This document shows positions 1 through 10,613 of a stretch of DNA of 64,000 nucleotides, piece by piece (the stretch's first letter is position 1; every line of letters starts with the position of its first letter). The translations under genes and the position numbers were made by a program. Origin of the DNA: an uncultured Candidatus Saccharibacteria bacterium (GTDB lineage: Bacteria; Patescibacteriota; Minisyncoccia; UBA6257; 2-01-FULL-56-20). The DNA lies in contig CAYIOP010000002.1 in the NCBI GenBank assembly GCA_964365185.1, positions 66,684-130,683 on the forward strand, read 5' to 3'. The notes below the pieces were generated by a model. The model made no database searches. It was given only the letters and a program-made list of their open reading frames with translations, and had not been told where the DNA came from.

Positions 1-294
1 TACGTCCATTGCGACCCCAGCGCGACGCACGCCTACCATTTATATCCCATTAAAATTCTAAAAGGCGAGCGTGAAAAAGTTTGCGAAGAGCTCAAGAAAC
101 GTGAAATCGGCACCATGCTTCATTATCCCGTGCTTGTTATAAACCAGCCCTTCTATCTTAAAAATTTGCCGCGCGATAACTGCCCAATCTCGGAGGAAAC
201 CGCGCGCGCCATTCTCTCCCTTCCTCTTCATGAATCCATAACCAAAGCGGAGCAGGAATACGTCATTGATTCTTTAAAATCAATTCTATCGTAG
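1..294 (+). CDS. DegT/DnrJ/EryC1/StrS-family PLP-dependent sugar aminotransferase, C-terminal fragment (5' end outside window)
   Basis: Frame 1 is open from base 1 to TAG at 292-294. The tail ...HAYHLYPIKILKGEREKVCEELKKREIGTMLHYPVLVINQPFY... matches the conserved C-terminal region of DegT-type aminotransferases. Confidence 0.6.
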   Translation, partial: YVHCDPSATHAYHLYPIKILKGEREKVCEELKKREIGTMLHYPVLVINQPFYLKNLPRDNCPISEETARAILSLPLHESITKAEQEYVIDSLKSILS

Positions 295-307
295 TTGCTT
301 CAAACAG

Positions 308-1237
308 ATGCTAAATCCAAAAAAATCGCTCGGCTCCCAGACGTTCTTCTTGGTTTTTCTTATTGCTTTAATTGGCGGCGGCACTGGCGCCTTCGCCAAA
401 ATATCTCTAGAAGAAATCACGCCGCTTTCACTCGGCTTTTTAAGATTTCTCTTGGCGGCCGGAATTTTTTTGCCGCTGGTTATTAGAAAAAAAGTTTCTT
501 GGGCCAAGATTAAAAAACTTTTTCCGCTATCACTGCTCTGTAGCGCCAACGTCATTTTTTATATTTTTGGTGTTCAAAAAACCACCGCCACCATTTCCCA
601 AATGCTCTACGCCTCAAGTCCTCTAATCATTGCTTTACTCTCATTGGTTTTCCTAAAAGAAAAATTATATTTGAAGCGCATCCTTGGGATAATTACTGGA
701 GCTCTGGGAGTTGCTTTGATAATTTTTCTCCCGCTTTTAAATAAATCTTCTATTTGGAACGGAGATCTTTTTGGAAACATTCTTATCCTAATTGCCATTC
801 TCTCCTTTTCTTTTTACGTCGTTTTATCGAAAAAACTTCAAGGGAAATTTACTCCCCTAGAATTAGTTGTTTCTTTTATTTTCACAACTGCCATTATCCA
901 GTTTCTTCTTTTGCCTTTTGATTTTATTAGTCAAAATTATTGGTGGCCAAATCTTACTTTAAATAGCATCTTAGGACTTCTTTATCTTGTGGTGTTTGCA
1001 ACGGCAATATCATATTTTCTAACCCAATATGCCATAAAAATCTCTACCCCTGTCATTTTTTCAATGACGTTTTACTTGCAACCGATTCTAGGTTATTTAT
1101 GGGCCTCGGTTCTTTTAGGAGAAAGAATTACTTTTGAATTTATTATTGGCGCTCTGCTTGCGTTTATCGGAGTGGCGTTGGTAACTAGTTTTAATAAAGA
1201 CAAACCTAAGTCAGGCGACTCAGGCCTCCAAACCTAA
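308..1237 (+). CDS. EamA/DMT-superfamily membrane transporter
   Basis: 309 aa with about 10 hydrophobic helices in two repeated halves, typical of EamA drug/metabolite transporters. Confidence 0.55.
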   Translation: MLNPKKSLGSQTFFLVFLIALIGGGTGAFAKISLEEITPLSLGFLRFLLAAGIFLPLVIRKKVSWAKIKKLFPLSLLCSANVIFYIFGVQKTTATISQMLYASSPLIIALLSLVFLKEKLYLKRILGIITGALGVALIIFLPLLNKSSIWNGDLFGNILILIAILSFSFYVVLSKKLQGKFTPLELVVSFIFTTAIIQFLLLPFDFISQNYWWPNLTLNSILGLLYLVVFATAISYFLTQYAIKISTPVIFSMTFYLQPILGYLWASVLLGERITFEFIIGALLAFIGVALVTSFNKDKPKSGDSGLQT

Positions 1238-1251
1238 CCCTTACTACTTTC

Positions 1252-2001
1252 TTAAGCAAGCTCAATCGGAAACTCTTTATTCTTTTTTAACATTAACACT
1301 GATGCGTGTAATAATGAATCAAATGTCCCAGCGTCAATCCATTCTCCTTCTATAACTTCGTATTTAGCCAATCCCTTCTCAACGTAATAATTATTAACAT
1401 CCGTAATTTCAAGCTCTCCTCGTTTTGAAGGCGTAAGTGTTTTAACAATTTGAAAAACATCTGAGTCGTAAAGATAAAGTCCGGTAACCGCAAAATTTGA
1501 AAGCGGTCGCTCCGGTTTTTCGATAATCGAAATGATTTTTGCTTGCTCAACTTGAGCAATGCCAAACCGTTCTGGGTCTGGAACTTCTTTTAGAAATAAT
1601 TTAGCCCCTTTCTCATGCAAGAATTTTGTAATGCCGTGTTTGATTTGCTCATAATCAATAAAAATATTATCTCCAAGCATCACCGCGATTTTAGAGCCAT
1701 CTGCGAATTTTTCTGCCAAACCAAGAGCGTGCGCAATTCCCCTAGGCCCGTCCTGCGGAGCATATTCTATCTGTAGATTAAACTCTGAACCATTACCCAA
1801 CAACTTTTTAAAACTCGACAAATCTTCTCGGTTGGATGTTAAAAGAATCTCACTTATACCAGAGTGTTTCATGGCTAAAAGGGGATAGTAAATGAGCGGC
1901 TTATCATAAACCGGCAAAAGGTGTTTGTTGATAAGGTGAGTGAAAGGTCTAAGGCGCGTGCCCTGACCTCCTGCCAATATAACTCCTTTAATCCTGGTCA
2001 T
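1252..2001 (-). CDS. sugar-1-phosphate nucleotidyltransferase (short glucose-1-phosphate thymidylyltransferase RmlA-like)
   Basis: N-terminus MTRIKGVILAGGQGTRLRPFT... carries the G-x-G-T-R-L nucleotidyltransferase signature. Its length and the adjacent RmlB fit a dTDP-sugar pathway. Confidence 0.65.
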   Translation of the reverse strand: MTRIKGVILAGGQGTRLRPFTHLINKHLLPVYDKPLIYYPLLAMKHSGISEILLTSNREDLSSFKKLLGNGSEFNLQIEYAPQDGPRGIAHALGLAEKFADGSKIAVMLGDNIFIDYEQIKHGITKFLHEKGAKLFLKEVPDPERFGIAQVEQAKIISIIEKPERPLSNFAVTGLYLYDSDVFQIVKTLTPSKRGELEITDVNNYYVEKGLAKYEVIEGEWIDAGTFDSLLHASVLMLKKNKEFPIELA

Positions 2002-2007
2002 TTTAAA

Positions 2008-3033
2008 TTATCTCTTAATATGTCCATTAAAAGCTCTACTCTTATTGGAAGATTTTTGGCCCCAATCTAGATTATCTTTATACCATAATATCGTTTTTGG
2101 CAAGTATATTTTAAGCCGGTGAGTTGCTCTCCAACCGAGCTTTTTTAGTTTTGAAGCATCAAGCGTATAACGCTCGTCATGTCCTGGCCTATCTGCCACG
2201 TGTTTTACTAAAGACCAGGGCTTTTCAAGGGTTTCGAGAATCCACCGTGTCGTCTGAAGGTTTGTGAGTTCTTCGTCCGATGTCGCGCAATAATTATCGC
2301 CAACCACTCCCTTCTCTAAGAGAGTCATAATTGCTGAGGCGCAATCATCGACGTGCAACCATGAACGGACATTTTTGCCGTGACCATAGATTGGTAAAGA
2401 CAAGTTCTTGAGCGCCCTTATCGTAAAAAAAGGTATCAACTTTTCCGGTAGTTGTCTTGGCCCGTAGTTATTCGCTGGATAAATGATTATAATCGGCAGC
2501 TTCCAAGTTTTGGTAAAAGCGCGAGCCAACATATCCGCCGAGGCCTTGGAAGCCGAATAAGGCGAATTTGGGAAGTACGGCGATAATTCATTGAACTTTC
2601 GTTTTGACTTTAAAGGTAGTGACCCAAAAACTTCATCCGTGGAAACGTGGATAAAAAGTTTTATGTTTGGCGACACGCGTAGGACTTGGAGTAAAGAATG
2701 CGTCCCTAAAACGTTGGTGACGATAAAATTTCTACTTGATTTATGGATTGAGCGATCAACGTGGGTCTCGGCGGCAAAGTGAATGACGTAATCTGTCTTC
2801 CGAAAAAGCTTAATCATCTTCCTCCTTTCGTTAATGTCAGCTTTCACGAAGGACACTCGATTCTTTGGAAGGCCATCTAGATTGTGTCTGTTGCCAGCGT
2901 AAGATAAATTATCAATGACGGCAACTTTGCTTCCCGGTATCCTAGTAAGTAAATAGCGAATAAAATTAGAGCCGATAAATCCGGCTCCGCCTGTCACTAA
3001 AAATCTAGCATTTTTTAAATTTCGTTTTGGCAT
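2008..3033 (-). CDS. rmlB: dTDP-glucose 4,6-dehydratase
   Basis: FLVTGGAGFIGSNF Rossmann motif and HFAAETHVDRS (the RmlB AAESHVDRS signature). 341 aa. Confidence 0.75.
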   Translation of the reverse strand: MPKRNLKNARFLVTGGAGFIGSNFIRYLLTRIPGSKVAVIDNLSYAGNRHNLDGLPKNRVSFVKADINERRKMIKLFRKTDYVIHFAAETHVDRSIHKSSRNFIVTNVLGTHSLLQVLRVSPNIKLFIHVSTDEVFGSLPLKSKRKFNELSPYFPNSPYSASKASADMLARAFTKTWKLPIIIIYPANNYGPRQLPEKLIPFFTIRALKNLSLPIYGHGKNVRSWLHVDDCASAIMTLLEKGVVGDNYCATSDEELTNLQTTRWILETLEKPWSLVKHVADRPGHDERYTLDASKLKKLGWRATHRLKIYLPKTILWYKDNLDWGQKSSNKSRAFNGHIKR

Positions 3034-3205
3034 GTAGCGTAAAGAAACTGTGGTTTCGGGCGAGTGCTTGATTTAAAAAGGCACTGTTCATAGTACACCA
3101 TTTTACGACGAATTCCCAGCGTTTTTTTGCTATGCTCTTAAAGCCAATCAAGAAGCGACTTCTCTATTTTTTATCTAAACCTAAGTTGGGACGCATCTCC
3201 TGGGC

Positions 3206-4459
3206 CTACTCTCTGTTTTTTTGTAAAACCACTCCGGCAATAATTCCCAGCACAAACCAAAATATCCTCACCTGAAAAAAATTAAAAGGAGTTATGTTGG
3301 CCAAAAGCGCGACCCCGGCAATAAGCCAAGAAATTTTTATGTAATCCGCATTATCTTGGATCGCTTGTTCAGCCGTAATCTTTGCCGCTTTTACAAGTTT
3401 AATTATGAGTGTCACAAAAGCCGCAAGCGCCAAAACACCTCCATATACCACCAACTCTAAAAATGTGCCCGTAAATCCCGGGTATTGATCTTTAGCCGCT
3501 AAATCCACAAAACCGAACCCAAAAGGAAAACGATAAATTCCCGCCGCGCTTTCTAACCAAAAATTAATTCGGCTTTCATAATAAGGATCGGGAGTGGTTA
3601 CTAACTCTACTGCGCGTCTTGTTAAATACGAATATGTTTGGTTACGAGATACATTATAGGTATAGTTATTTCCAATTAAAAAATAACCGGCTATAAAAAT
3701 AGCGGCCGTAGCCGTTAGGAAAAATTTTAATTTGTTCCAATCCTTTTGTTTCCATAAAATAATTAATAATAAAATCACAACCAATACTATTGACAGCCAC
3801 GCTGTCCGCGCGCCGCTCCACAAAAGAAACGCCGCAATAAAAGAGAGCCAAGCGCCAAGAGCGATTTTTTTCCACGCCTTTATATTTTCAAAGATAAATC
3901 CCGCGCCCAGAACCAATGCTATTGAAGCCCAAGCCCCAAAAACAATGGGATTTTCTATTAGCCCTGATAATCTAGCCGCTGAAAAATATATTGCCTGATT
4001 AGTACTGATCGTAAGAAAATAAACCGGAATAATTAGGACAAACGAAACGACTATCGCCAGACCTATAAAACGCAGAATCCGCGGATTTCTATAAACCATG
4101 AGCGCCGCCAAAATAAATATCCCTAAGTTAAAAATCAATCGAAAATAATCCATCAGCACTTCTCGGGCTAAAGGATTCGCTCCGAAACGCGCGAAACTAA
4201 ATATTTGGCCAGCAACGATCAATATTGCTACTACCCCCAACCATTTTAAATAAGGAATTAGCTTAGCAAAATTTTGGCGTATAAAATTTCTAAAATCGCC
4301 GCTTAAGAATACGGCCATTGTCGCCAAAATTAGTATGATATCAGCTAAATGTAAAAAGGGAACCAACATCAATTTTTCTGTTCGCAAGCTAAGAAAAAAA
4401 GCAGCGACGAGAAATAAATATTCCGCTATTTTAGCGAAATTCAAACTGAGTTTATTCAT
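3206..4459 (-). CDS. polytopic membrane protein, O-antigen ligase/Wzy-polymerase-like
   Basis: 417 aa with at least 10 transmembrane segments and one larger loop. Located inside a glycan locus. No sharp motif, so the call is tentative. Confidence 0.3.
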   Translation of the reverse strand: MNKLSLNFAKIAEYLFLVAAFFLSLRTEKLMLVPFLHLADIILILATMAVFLSGDFRNFIRQNFAKLIPYLKWLGVVAILIVAGQIFSFARFGANPLAREVLMDYFRLIFNLGIFILAALMVYRNPRILRFIGLAIVVSFVLIIPVYFLTISTNQAIYFSAARLSGLIENPIVFGAWASIALVLGAGFIFENIKAWKKIALGAWLSFIAAFLLWSGARTAWLSIVLVVILLLIILWKQKDWNKLKFFLTATAAIFIAGYFLIGNNYTYNVSRNQTYSYLTRRAVELVTTPDPYYESRINFWLESAAGIYRFPFGFGFVDLAAKDQYPGFTGTFLELVVYGGVLALAAFVTLIIKLVKAAKITAEQAIQDNADYIKISWLIAGVALLANITPFNFFQVRIFWFVLGIIAGVVLQKNRE

Positions 4460-4532
4460 TATATGTGGATCGTCTGGTTATTTATCTTCGATTGTGGTAA
4501 ATATATTATAATAAACTTCATCTACTAGCGCT

Positions 4533-5249
4533 ATGTGTATTCAATCGAAAGACGAACGTTCTCTGCTTTACGAATTCGCTCGTGACAGGTTGCAAAACTT
4601 TAAACAAGTGCTTGATTGCGCCTGCGGCGAAGGTCAAGGAACTTATATTTTAGCTTCTGGCTTGTCCGAGGCATCTTGTCTTGGTATTGATCAGGATTCA
4701 TACGCTATTCGCCTGGCGCGCGAAAGGTTCCATCAACCCAATCTTGCCTTCAAAGAAGGCAACGCCCTCTTACTTTCCGAGCCAGACGCGACATTTGATG
4801 CTGTGGTTAGTTGTCATACCATCGAGCACTTTTCCGATTCTGATCAAAAAAGGTTGCTTTCTGAACTCCGGCGAGTACTTATTCCTGGCGGAATTCTGAT
4901 TATGGCGACTCCAGACCGAGATGTTTGGCGAGCCCTTGGCATAGCCGGTGAGCAAAAAGATCACATTCGCGAACTCACCAAGCAAGAATTTATTAACGAG
5001 GTCTCCGTCGAGGGCTTTAAAGTTCTTGAAGTATTTGGCCAAAACTTATTAATCGCTAAAAATTCTCGTCTGCGCCCACTACTTAACTTGTTTAAAAAAT
5101 TCGATATTTTTTATCTACGCCGACTTCTAGGGAATTTAATCAAAAAAATCGACAAAAATACACAACCCATATCCTTAGACGCGTCTGTTCAACCGCTTCG
5201 AGACAAAGAAAAAGCATCAATCAGTATAATTGTTGCTGAGCGCAGCTAG
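4533..5249 (+). CDS. class I SAM-dependent methyltransferase
   Basis: Motif I VLDCACGEGQGTY and a downstream acidic motif (DAVVSCHTIEH) typical of Methyltransf_11/12. Confidence 0.6.
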   Translation: MCIQSKDERSLLYEFARDRLQNFKQVLDCACGEGQGTYILASGLSEASCLGIDQDSYAIRLARERFHQPNLAFKEGNALLLSEPDATFDAVVSCHTIEHFSDSDQKRLLSELRRVLIPGGILIMATPDRDVWRALGIAGEQKDHIRELTKQEFINEVSVEGFKVLEVFGQNLLIAKNSRLRPLLNLFKKFDIFYLRRLLGNLIKKIDKNTQPISLDASVQPLRDKEKASISIIVAERS

Positions 5250-5273
5250 GAAACACCCTCGCCACCTAAATTA

Positions 5274-6110
5274 ATGCTTGCCAGTCTTATAAAGCTCGCA
5301 AAAGCCATCACCCCGCCGGCAGTTCAAGCGGTCATTGCTGAATTTCGCAACCACCATACCTTGCGTTTTTTCGGAAAAACTTTTACCGGCACCTTTTCGA
5401 CTTTTAAAGAAGTCAATCATAATTTCCGAGGAGCGGTTGTCTATAATTCACAAGAATCAGAACAAGAAGAAATCGCCAATTTCACTAGCTCGCAGGCGGC
5501 AATCCAAGAAGCTAAGCGCGGCATCTCTCCTCAATCAACCGATCACCATTCGCTTCTTTGTGCTTTAACCGCTACCCTGTCTAGTCAAACACCCACTATT
5601 TTGGATATTGGCGGCGGCGCTGGTGAAACATTTGCCCACCTCATTTATTCCTGTCCCAAACAAAGTCCGTCTTTAATTGTTTATGAATTGCCGCCTATCG
5701 TTGAAACTGCGAAAGTAATATTTAAGGATGAAAAACGAATTCATTTTGTTGACTATCTAACCGATCTCAATCAAACAATTGATATTGTTTTTTTAGGGTC
5801 AAGTTTGCAATATTTTGAGGATTATCCATCACTTCTAAATCAAATCATGGCTTTTCATCCGCGAATAATCATTATTGCGTACACCCCCCTTACCAGCGCG
5901 CCGACTTTTGTAACTGCCCAGGTTAATATGCGCGAGCGCGTCATACCAATCAAGGTTATTAATCGCGAGGAGTTAATTAATTATTTAAGTCGTTTCGATT
6001 TCGTTTTGATTAATCAAAATCGATCACGCTCAACCGCTCACTTCCGCAATTTTCTTTCTCCGCAAAACTCGAGCTCCGTGATTAACTTGGTCTTTAAAGC
6101 CAAATCCTAG
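5274..6110 (+). CDS. putative SAM-dependent methyltransferase (TIGR04325-like)
   Basis: ILDIGGGAGETFAHL glycine-rich motif. Size and context resemble polysaccharide-cluster methyltransferases. Confidence 0.4.
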   Translation: MLASLIKLAKAITPPAVQAVIAEFRNHHTLRFFGKTFTGTFSTFKEVNHNFRGAVVYNSQESEQEEIANFTSSQAAIQEAKRGISPQSTDHHSLLCALTATLSSQTPTILDIGGGAGETFAHLIYSCPKQSPSLIVYELPPIVETAKVIFKDEKRIHFVDYLTDLNQTIDIVFLGSSLQYFEDYPSLLNQIMAFHPRIIIIAYTPLTSAPTFVTAQVNMRERVIPIKVINREELINYLSRFDFVLINQNRSRSTAHFRNFLSPQNSSSVINLVFKAKS

Positions 6111-6132
6111 CATCTCGAATTTTATCTCTACT

Positions 6133-6870
6133 ATGAAAACTATTCGCCGAATCAACCTTATTATTGCCGGGATCAAGTTGTTTAAAGATTGGCCCCTCTG
6201 GATTTTATCACGCTTTCATTTATTAAAGAAATCCGGCCTTGGTAAATTTCGATTACGAAACGGAACTGAATTTATAATTGATTTTTCTCATAACAACCTC
6301 GGTACTTTTCAAGAAATTTGGCTGATGGACGTCTATCAAAAAAATCGCCGGCTTAAGCCCAGTGACATCGTTGTAGATATTGGCGCGTCTTTCGGCGCCT
6401 TTTCAGTGTTAGCCGCGAAACAAGGAGCTAAAGTCTATGCTTATGAACCCACTCCTCGGTCCTTTGAACTGCTGGTTAAAAATACCGAAATTTATGGCGT
6501 TAAAGCTTATAATCTCGCGGTTGCTGGCAAAACCGGCCTAGCTGAACTATTCAGCTCTGGCGGCGATGAAGGCAATAGCTTAATTCCTCAGCTGGCCCCC
6601 AGCCAATCTTTCAAAGTCAAAACCACCACTTTAAATGATATTTTAGATCAAATCGGCCACTGCGATTTTTTAAAAATTGACTGCGAAGGCGGAGAAATTG
6701 ATATTTTAAAAAATACCCTAACAAAAACTTTTAATCAGATTGATTACATTGTGCTTGAATATCACCGTAACCTTCCCGAGGTTCTGGACTTATTTAAAAG
6801 TAAAAACTACGAAGTTACCTTTCATGGCAATGATTACGGTTATTTATTCGCTCAAAAACCTAAGAAATAA
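6133..6870 (+). CDS. FkbM-family methyltransferase
   Basis: VVDIGASFGAFSVLAAKQGAKVYAYEPTPRSFELLVKN matches the FkbM-family core. Confidence 0.65.
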   Translation: MKTIRRINLIIAGIKLFKDWPLWILSRFHLLKKSGLGKFRLRNGTEFIIDFSHNNLGTFQEIWLMDVYQKNRRLKPSDIVVDIGASFGAFSVLAAKQGAKVYAYEPTPRSFELLVKNTEIYGVKAYNLAVAGKTGLAELFSSGGDEGNSLIPQLAPSQSFKVKTTTLNDILDQIGHCDFLKIDCEGGEIDILKNTLTKTFNQIDYIVLEYHRNLPEVLDLFKSKNYEVTFHGNDYGYLFAQKPKK

Positions 6871-6944
6871 TTTTAACCATTTAAATCCAACTAGTAATGA
6901 AGTTATCTTGACCCGACCTCTTTAAATTGTATACTAACTTCATA

Positions 6945-7751
6945 ATGGGTACGCTGGAAAAAAATAATCCGCCCAAAGTGGTTATCCTCTGCGGCGGCAA
7001 AGGGAATCGCCTTCGTGAATTAACCGAATTTATACCCAAGCCCCTAGTGACTATCGGGTCTGCTCCTATTCTTTGGCATATCATGAAAATCTATGCCCAC
7101 TTCGGGTTTAAGGATTTTATTCTTTGTTTAGGGTATAAAGGCGAGATGATTAAAAATTATTTCTTAAACCTCGCTGAAAGAACTAACGATTTTACTTTGG
7201 ATTTAAATTTTGGTGATAAGCGGATTACTTATCATCATCCTAAATTATTAAATGACTGGCGAATTACTTTTGTTGATACCGGCGCTGAAGCGCAAACTGG
7301 CGCCAGAATTTATCGAATTCGCGATTTTGTAAAAAATGATCAAGAATTTTTCTTAACTTATAGTGATGCCGTTTCCGATATTAATCTAGAAAAATTATTG
7401 ACTCATCATCGCGAAAAAAATAAAATTTTAACTGTCACCGGTATTCATGCCGCTTCATCCTTCGGAGTTATTGAGCACGAATCTGGGCTAGTAAAAAGAT
7501 TTCAAGAAAAACCCAAAACTAAAGAAATTATCTCCGGTGGTTTCTTTGTTTGCCAGAACGATATTTTTGAATATTTAGAAAATAATGATGAGTGTGTTTT
7601 TGAAAACCAACCCATGAAACAATTAGCTGAAAAAGGCCAGTTGGCGCTCTACGAGCATCCTGGATTTTGGAGCTGTATGGATACACAAAAACACGTTGAC
7701 GAATTAAATAATCTTTGGCAAAAAGGCGGCGCTCCCTGGCAAGTTTGGTAA
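6945..7751 (+). CDS. rfbF: glucose-1-phosphate cytidylyltransferase (CDP-glucose synthase)
   Basis: [64 protein letters not shown] is the RfbF/DdhA signature. The listed ORF starts at a TTG at 6927, so ATG at 6945 is preferred. Confidence 0.8.
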   Translation: MGTLEKNNPPKVVILCGGKGNRLRELTEFIPKPLVTIGSAPILWHIMKIYAHFGFKDFILCLGYKGEMIKNYFLNLAERTNDFTLDLNFGDKRITYHHPKLLNDWRITFVDTGAEAQTGARIYRIRDFVKNDQEFFLTYSDAVSDINLEKLLTHHREKNKILTVTGIHAASSFGVIEHESGLVKRFQEKPKTKEIISGGFFVCQNDIFEYLENNDECVFENQPMKQLAEKGQLALYEHPGFWSCMDTQKHVDELNNLWQKGGAPWQVW

Positions 7752-7755
7752 TTTT

Positions 7756-8757
7756 ATGAAAAATTCCTGGCAGCAAAAAAATGTTTTTGTAACCGGCGGC
7801 GCCGGATTTTTAGGTTCCTGGCTGGTTAAAGCTTTAATTGAACAAGGCGCTCGGGTAGTTGTCTTGGTTAGGGATTCTGTGCCGCAATCGGCCCTATTTT
7901 CAGATGGTCTTGGGTCAAAAGTCATTCTTGTTCACGGCTCTTTGATTGATTATTTTGTTCTCGAAAGAATCCTCGGTGAATATGAGATTGATACCGTGTT
8001 TCATCTAGCCGCTCAAGCGATTGCTCCCGTAGCCAACAAAAACCCTCTCTCCACCTTTGAAACCAATATCCAAGGCACATGGAACTTACTTGAAGCCGCT
8101 CGCCGCTCGCCGCTCGTCAAAAAAATTATCGTGGCTTCCTCAGACAAGGCCTACGGCGACTCCAGAGAATTACCCTACACCGAAGACATTCCTCTTAGAG
8201 GCGTTCATCCCTATGATGTTTCCAAGACCTGCGCCGATTTAATTGCTCAAGCCTATTTTATTTCTTACGGTTTACCGGTTTGCATTACGCGCTGTGGCAA
8301 TTTATTCGGCGGAGGCGACTTAAATTTTAGTCGGTTAATTCCCGGCGTCATCCGCTCAATCCTTCTTAATGAGCCGCCGGTTTTGCGTAGTAATGGCGAA
8401 TATATCCGCGATTTTCTCTATGTTGAGGATGCCGTTTCTGCTCTGCTTACTCTCGCTGAGGCGATGGATAAAAAAGATGTACTTGGCAATGCTTTTAATT
8501 TTGGCAACGGCAATCAATGGACTGTGCTTCAAATTGCGCGGCTGATTTTAGAAAGGATGGGGTCAAAAGCCGAACTCGTAATTTTAAATGAATCGCCGAA
8601 CGAAATACTTTCTCAGTATCTATCTTCCAAAAAAGCCGAAGCAATATTGGGTTGGCATTCTCGTCATAATATAGAAGAAGCGCTTGATCGCACGATTGCT
8701 TGGTATCGCGATTTTTTTAAAAAGCAAACTCAAGCTCAAAGCGGTCAAGCCAATTAG
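7756..8757 (+). CDS. rfbG: CDP-glucose 4,6-dehydratase
   Basis: [15 protein letters not shown] Rossmann motif, SDR Y-x3-K, 333 aa, immediately downstream of rfbF. Confidence 0.75.
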   Translation: MKNSWQQKNVFVTGGAGFLGSWLVKALIEQGARVVVLVRDSVPQSALFSDGLGSKVILVHGSLIDYFVLERILGEYEIDTVFHLAAQAIAPVANKNPLSTFETNIQGTWNLLEAARRSPLVKKIIVASSDKAYGDSRELPYTEDIPLRGVHPYDVSKTCADLIAQAYFISYGLPVCITRCGNLFGGGDLNFSRLIPGVIRSILLNEPPVLRSNGEYIRDFLYVEDAVSALLTLAEAMDKKDVLGNAFNFGNGNQWTVLQIARLILERMGSKAELVILNESPNEILSQYLSSKKAEAILGWHSRHNIEEALDRTIAWYRDFFKKQTQAQSGQAN

Positions 8758-8759
8758 CA

Positions 8760-9698
8760 ATGGGGAAAAGCGCTCTCGTTTTTTCTTCCAGTGACGCCTA
8801 CGCCCTCCTTCTTGGGGTTGCTTTATGTTCAATTTTTGAAAATCGAAAAAGCTACCACCCTTTTGATGTTTTTGTCATTGACGGAGGAATATCAAGCCGC
8901 AACCAACAAAGGTTAAATGTACTTGAAAAAAGATATGGCTTTACTATCACCTATCTTGTTCCCGACAAACACTTCTTTGAAAATCTACTGGCTACCGAAT
9001 TGCCTCAAGCGGGGTATTATCTGCCAGTCGAAGTTTATTATCGTCTAGCCATTGGGCGTATTCTTCCTAAGGAATACAGTCGAGCACTCTACCTGGACTG
9101 CGATATCGTTGTAAAGGGCGATCTGGCCGAACTGCTTAATTTTGATTTAGAAGATAAAGTTTTGGGGGCCGTAGCCGATTGCTTTCAGGATTTAAGGGAG
9201 AAGCATTTAAAACGGCTCTGTCAAAATGTCGGTCTTACTGAAATACCAAAAAAGCTCGTGTACTTTAACTCCGGCATTCTACTTGTCGATCTAAATCTTT
9301 GGAGAAAAAAGGAAATTGAAACCAAGCTTTTTTCGTTTATCAGCAAGAATTCTCACAAACTCTGGGCAGCTGATCAAGACGCTTTAAACATTGTCTTACT
9401 CTATGATTTTAGACAGCTTCCAGATAAATATAATTTTATTGCCGAACAAGCTTCTGGTTATCAGGAATCTAATCCTTTCATCATTCATTTTGCCGGCGGA
9501 TCAAAACCCTGGTATTTTTTCTCAGCTCTGCCATATCAATCAGAATATCTTTATTACGCGAGCAAAACCCCGTGGAAAAATAGAAAATATAGAAAGCCCA
9601 TGGACATCTTTTTTGCCAAGAAATATCATATCTACCAGTTGATGTGGGGAGTATGGAGTGTTTATAAAAAAATAAAAAAATCTTTAGCCAAAATATGA
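8760..9698 (+). CDS. glycosyltransferase family 8 (LPS alpha-1,3-galactosyl/glucosyltransferase-like)
   Basis: YLDCDIVVKGDLAEL (DxD motif), NSGILLVDLNLWRK and HFAGGSKPW are typical GT8 motifs. The TGA stop overlaps the next ATG (ATGA). Confidence 0.7.
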   Translation: MGKSALVFSSSDAYALLLGVALCSIFENRKSYHPFDVFVIDGGISSRNQQRLNVLEKRYGFTITYLVPDKHFFENLLATELPQAGYYLPVEVYYRLAIGRILPKEYSRALYLDCDIVVKGDLAELLNFDLEDKVLGAVADCFQDLREKHLKRLCQNVGLTEIPKKLVYFNSGILLVDLNLWRKKEIETKLFSFISKNSHKLWAADQDALNIVLLYDFRQLPDKYNFIAEQASGYQESNPFIIHFAGGSKPWYFFSALPYQSEYLYYASKTPWKNRKYRKPMDIFFAKKYHIYQLMWGVWSVYKKIKKSLAKI

Positions 9699-10597
9699 AA
9701 ATTATTATCACCGGCGGCACCGGTTTTGTGGGTTCCAACTTAACTCTAGACCTTATTAAAAAAGGTCACACGGTTTTTATAACCGGCCGCGAAGCCGCCG
9801 AAGAACTTCAAAGTCCTCTCATCACTTATCTTGGTCCGGATTTTATTAATTTGTCTTGGGAAAAAATCGGGCCGATTGACGTTGTTTTCCACGAGGCCGC
9901 CTGTAACGACACTACTCTTCTGGACAAAGAAGAGATGTTTAAAGTAAATTTTGATTGGTCGCGACAGTTGTTTAAAGAAGCCCAAAACGCCGGCGTCAAA
10001 AAAATTATCTACGCCTCCTCAACCGCGGTCTATGGCAACACCCCGCCTCCTTTTAAAGAATCCGGTCCCTTTAAACCTTTAAATCCTTACGCCGAGTCCA
10101 AAAAACTCCTCGATGAATTTGCTGAAAAATTTATTAAGGAACATCCCGAGATGATTGTTGTCGGCCTTCGGTATTGCAATGTTTACGGCCCCGGAGAAGG
10201 CAAAAAAGGCAAGCGATCCACGCTTATCTATCAATTAGCTCGAATCATGCAAAAAGAGAATCCAAAAATTTTTAAAGATGGCGAGCAAAAAAGAGATTAT
10301 ATTTATATCAAAGACGTAGTTAGGGCCAATCTTTTATCTATGAACGCCACCGAGAGCGGCATTTATAACTGCGGCTTTGGCCAGGCCGTAAGTTTTAACG
10401 ACCTTATTAAAATCTTAAACGAGGTTTTGGGTTTGAATCGCAAACCCGAATATATCGATAATCCTTATATTGACCGCTATCAAAGTTTCACCGAGTGCGA
10501 TATGTCGCTTGCTAGCGAAAAACTGGGATTTATTCCCGAGTTTGATATTAAAAAAGGCATCCGCGACTATTTTGAAAGCGGCTTTTTAATCAATTAA
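9695..10597 (+). CDS. hldD: ADP-L-glycero-D-manno-heptose 6-epimerase
   Basis: Collinear similarity to E. coli HldD across three blocks: VFHEAACNDTT...IIYASSTAVYG, LRYCNVYGPGEGKKG and YIDNPYIDRYQSFTECD. Confidence 0.75.
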   Translation: MKIIITGGTGFVGSNLTLDLIKKGHTVFITGREAAEELQSPLITYLGPDFINLSWEKIGPIDVVFHEAACNDTTLLDKEEMFKVNFDWSRQLFKEAQNAGVKKIIYASSTAVYGNTPPPFKESGPFKPLNPYAESKKLLDEFAEKFIKEHPEMIVVGLRYCNVYGPGEGKKGKRSTLIYQLARIMQKENPKIFKDGEQKRDYIYIKDVVRANLLSMNATESGIYNCGFGQAVSFNDLIKILNEVLGLNRKPEYIDNPYIDRYQSFTECDMSLASEKLGFIPEFDIKKGIRDYFESGFLIN

Positions 10598-10613
10598 TTT
10601 TTTTGTCTATTCC

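Noticed and set aside
9695-9698. Possibility of an alternative genetic code (UGA recoding, as in some CPR lineages).
   Set aside because: The GT8 gene terminates at TGA in an ATGA overlap with hldD. Gene lengths match family norms under code 11, and TGA, TAA and TAG all delimit family-consistent ORFs.
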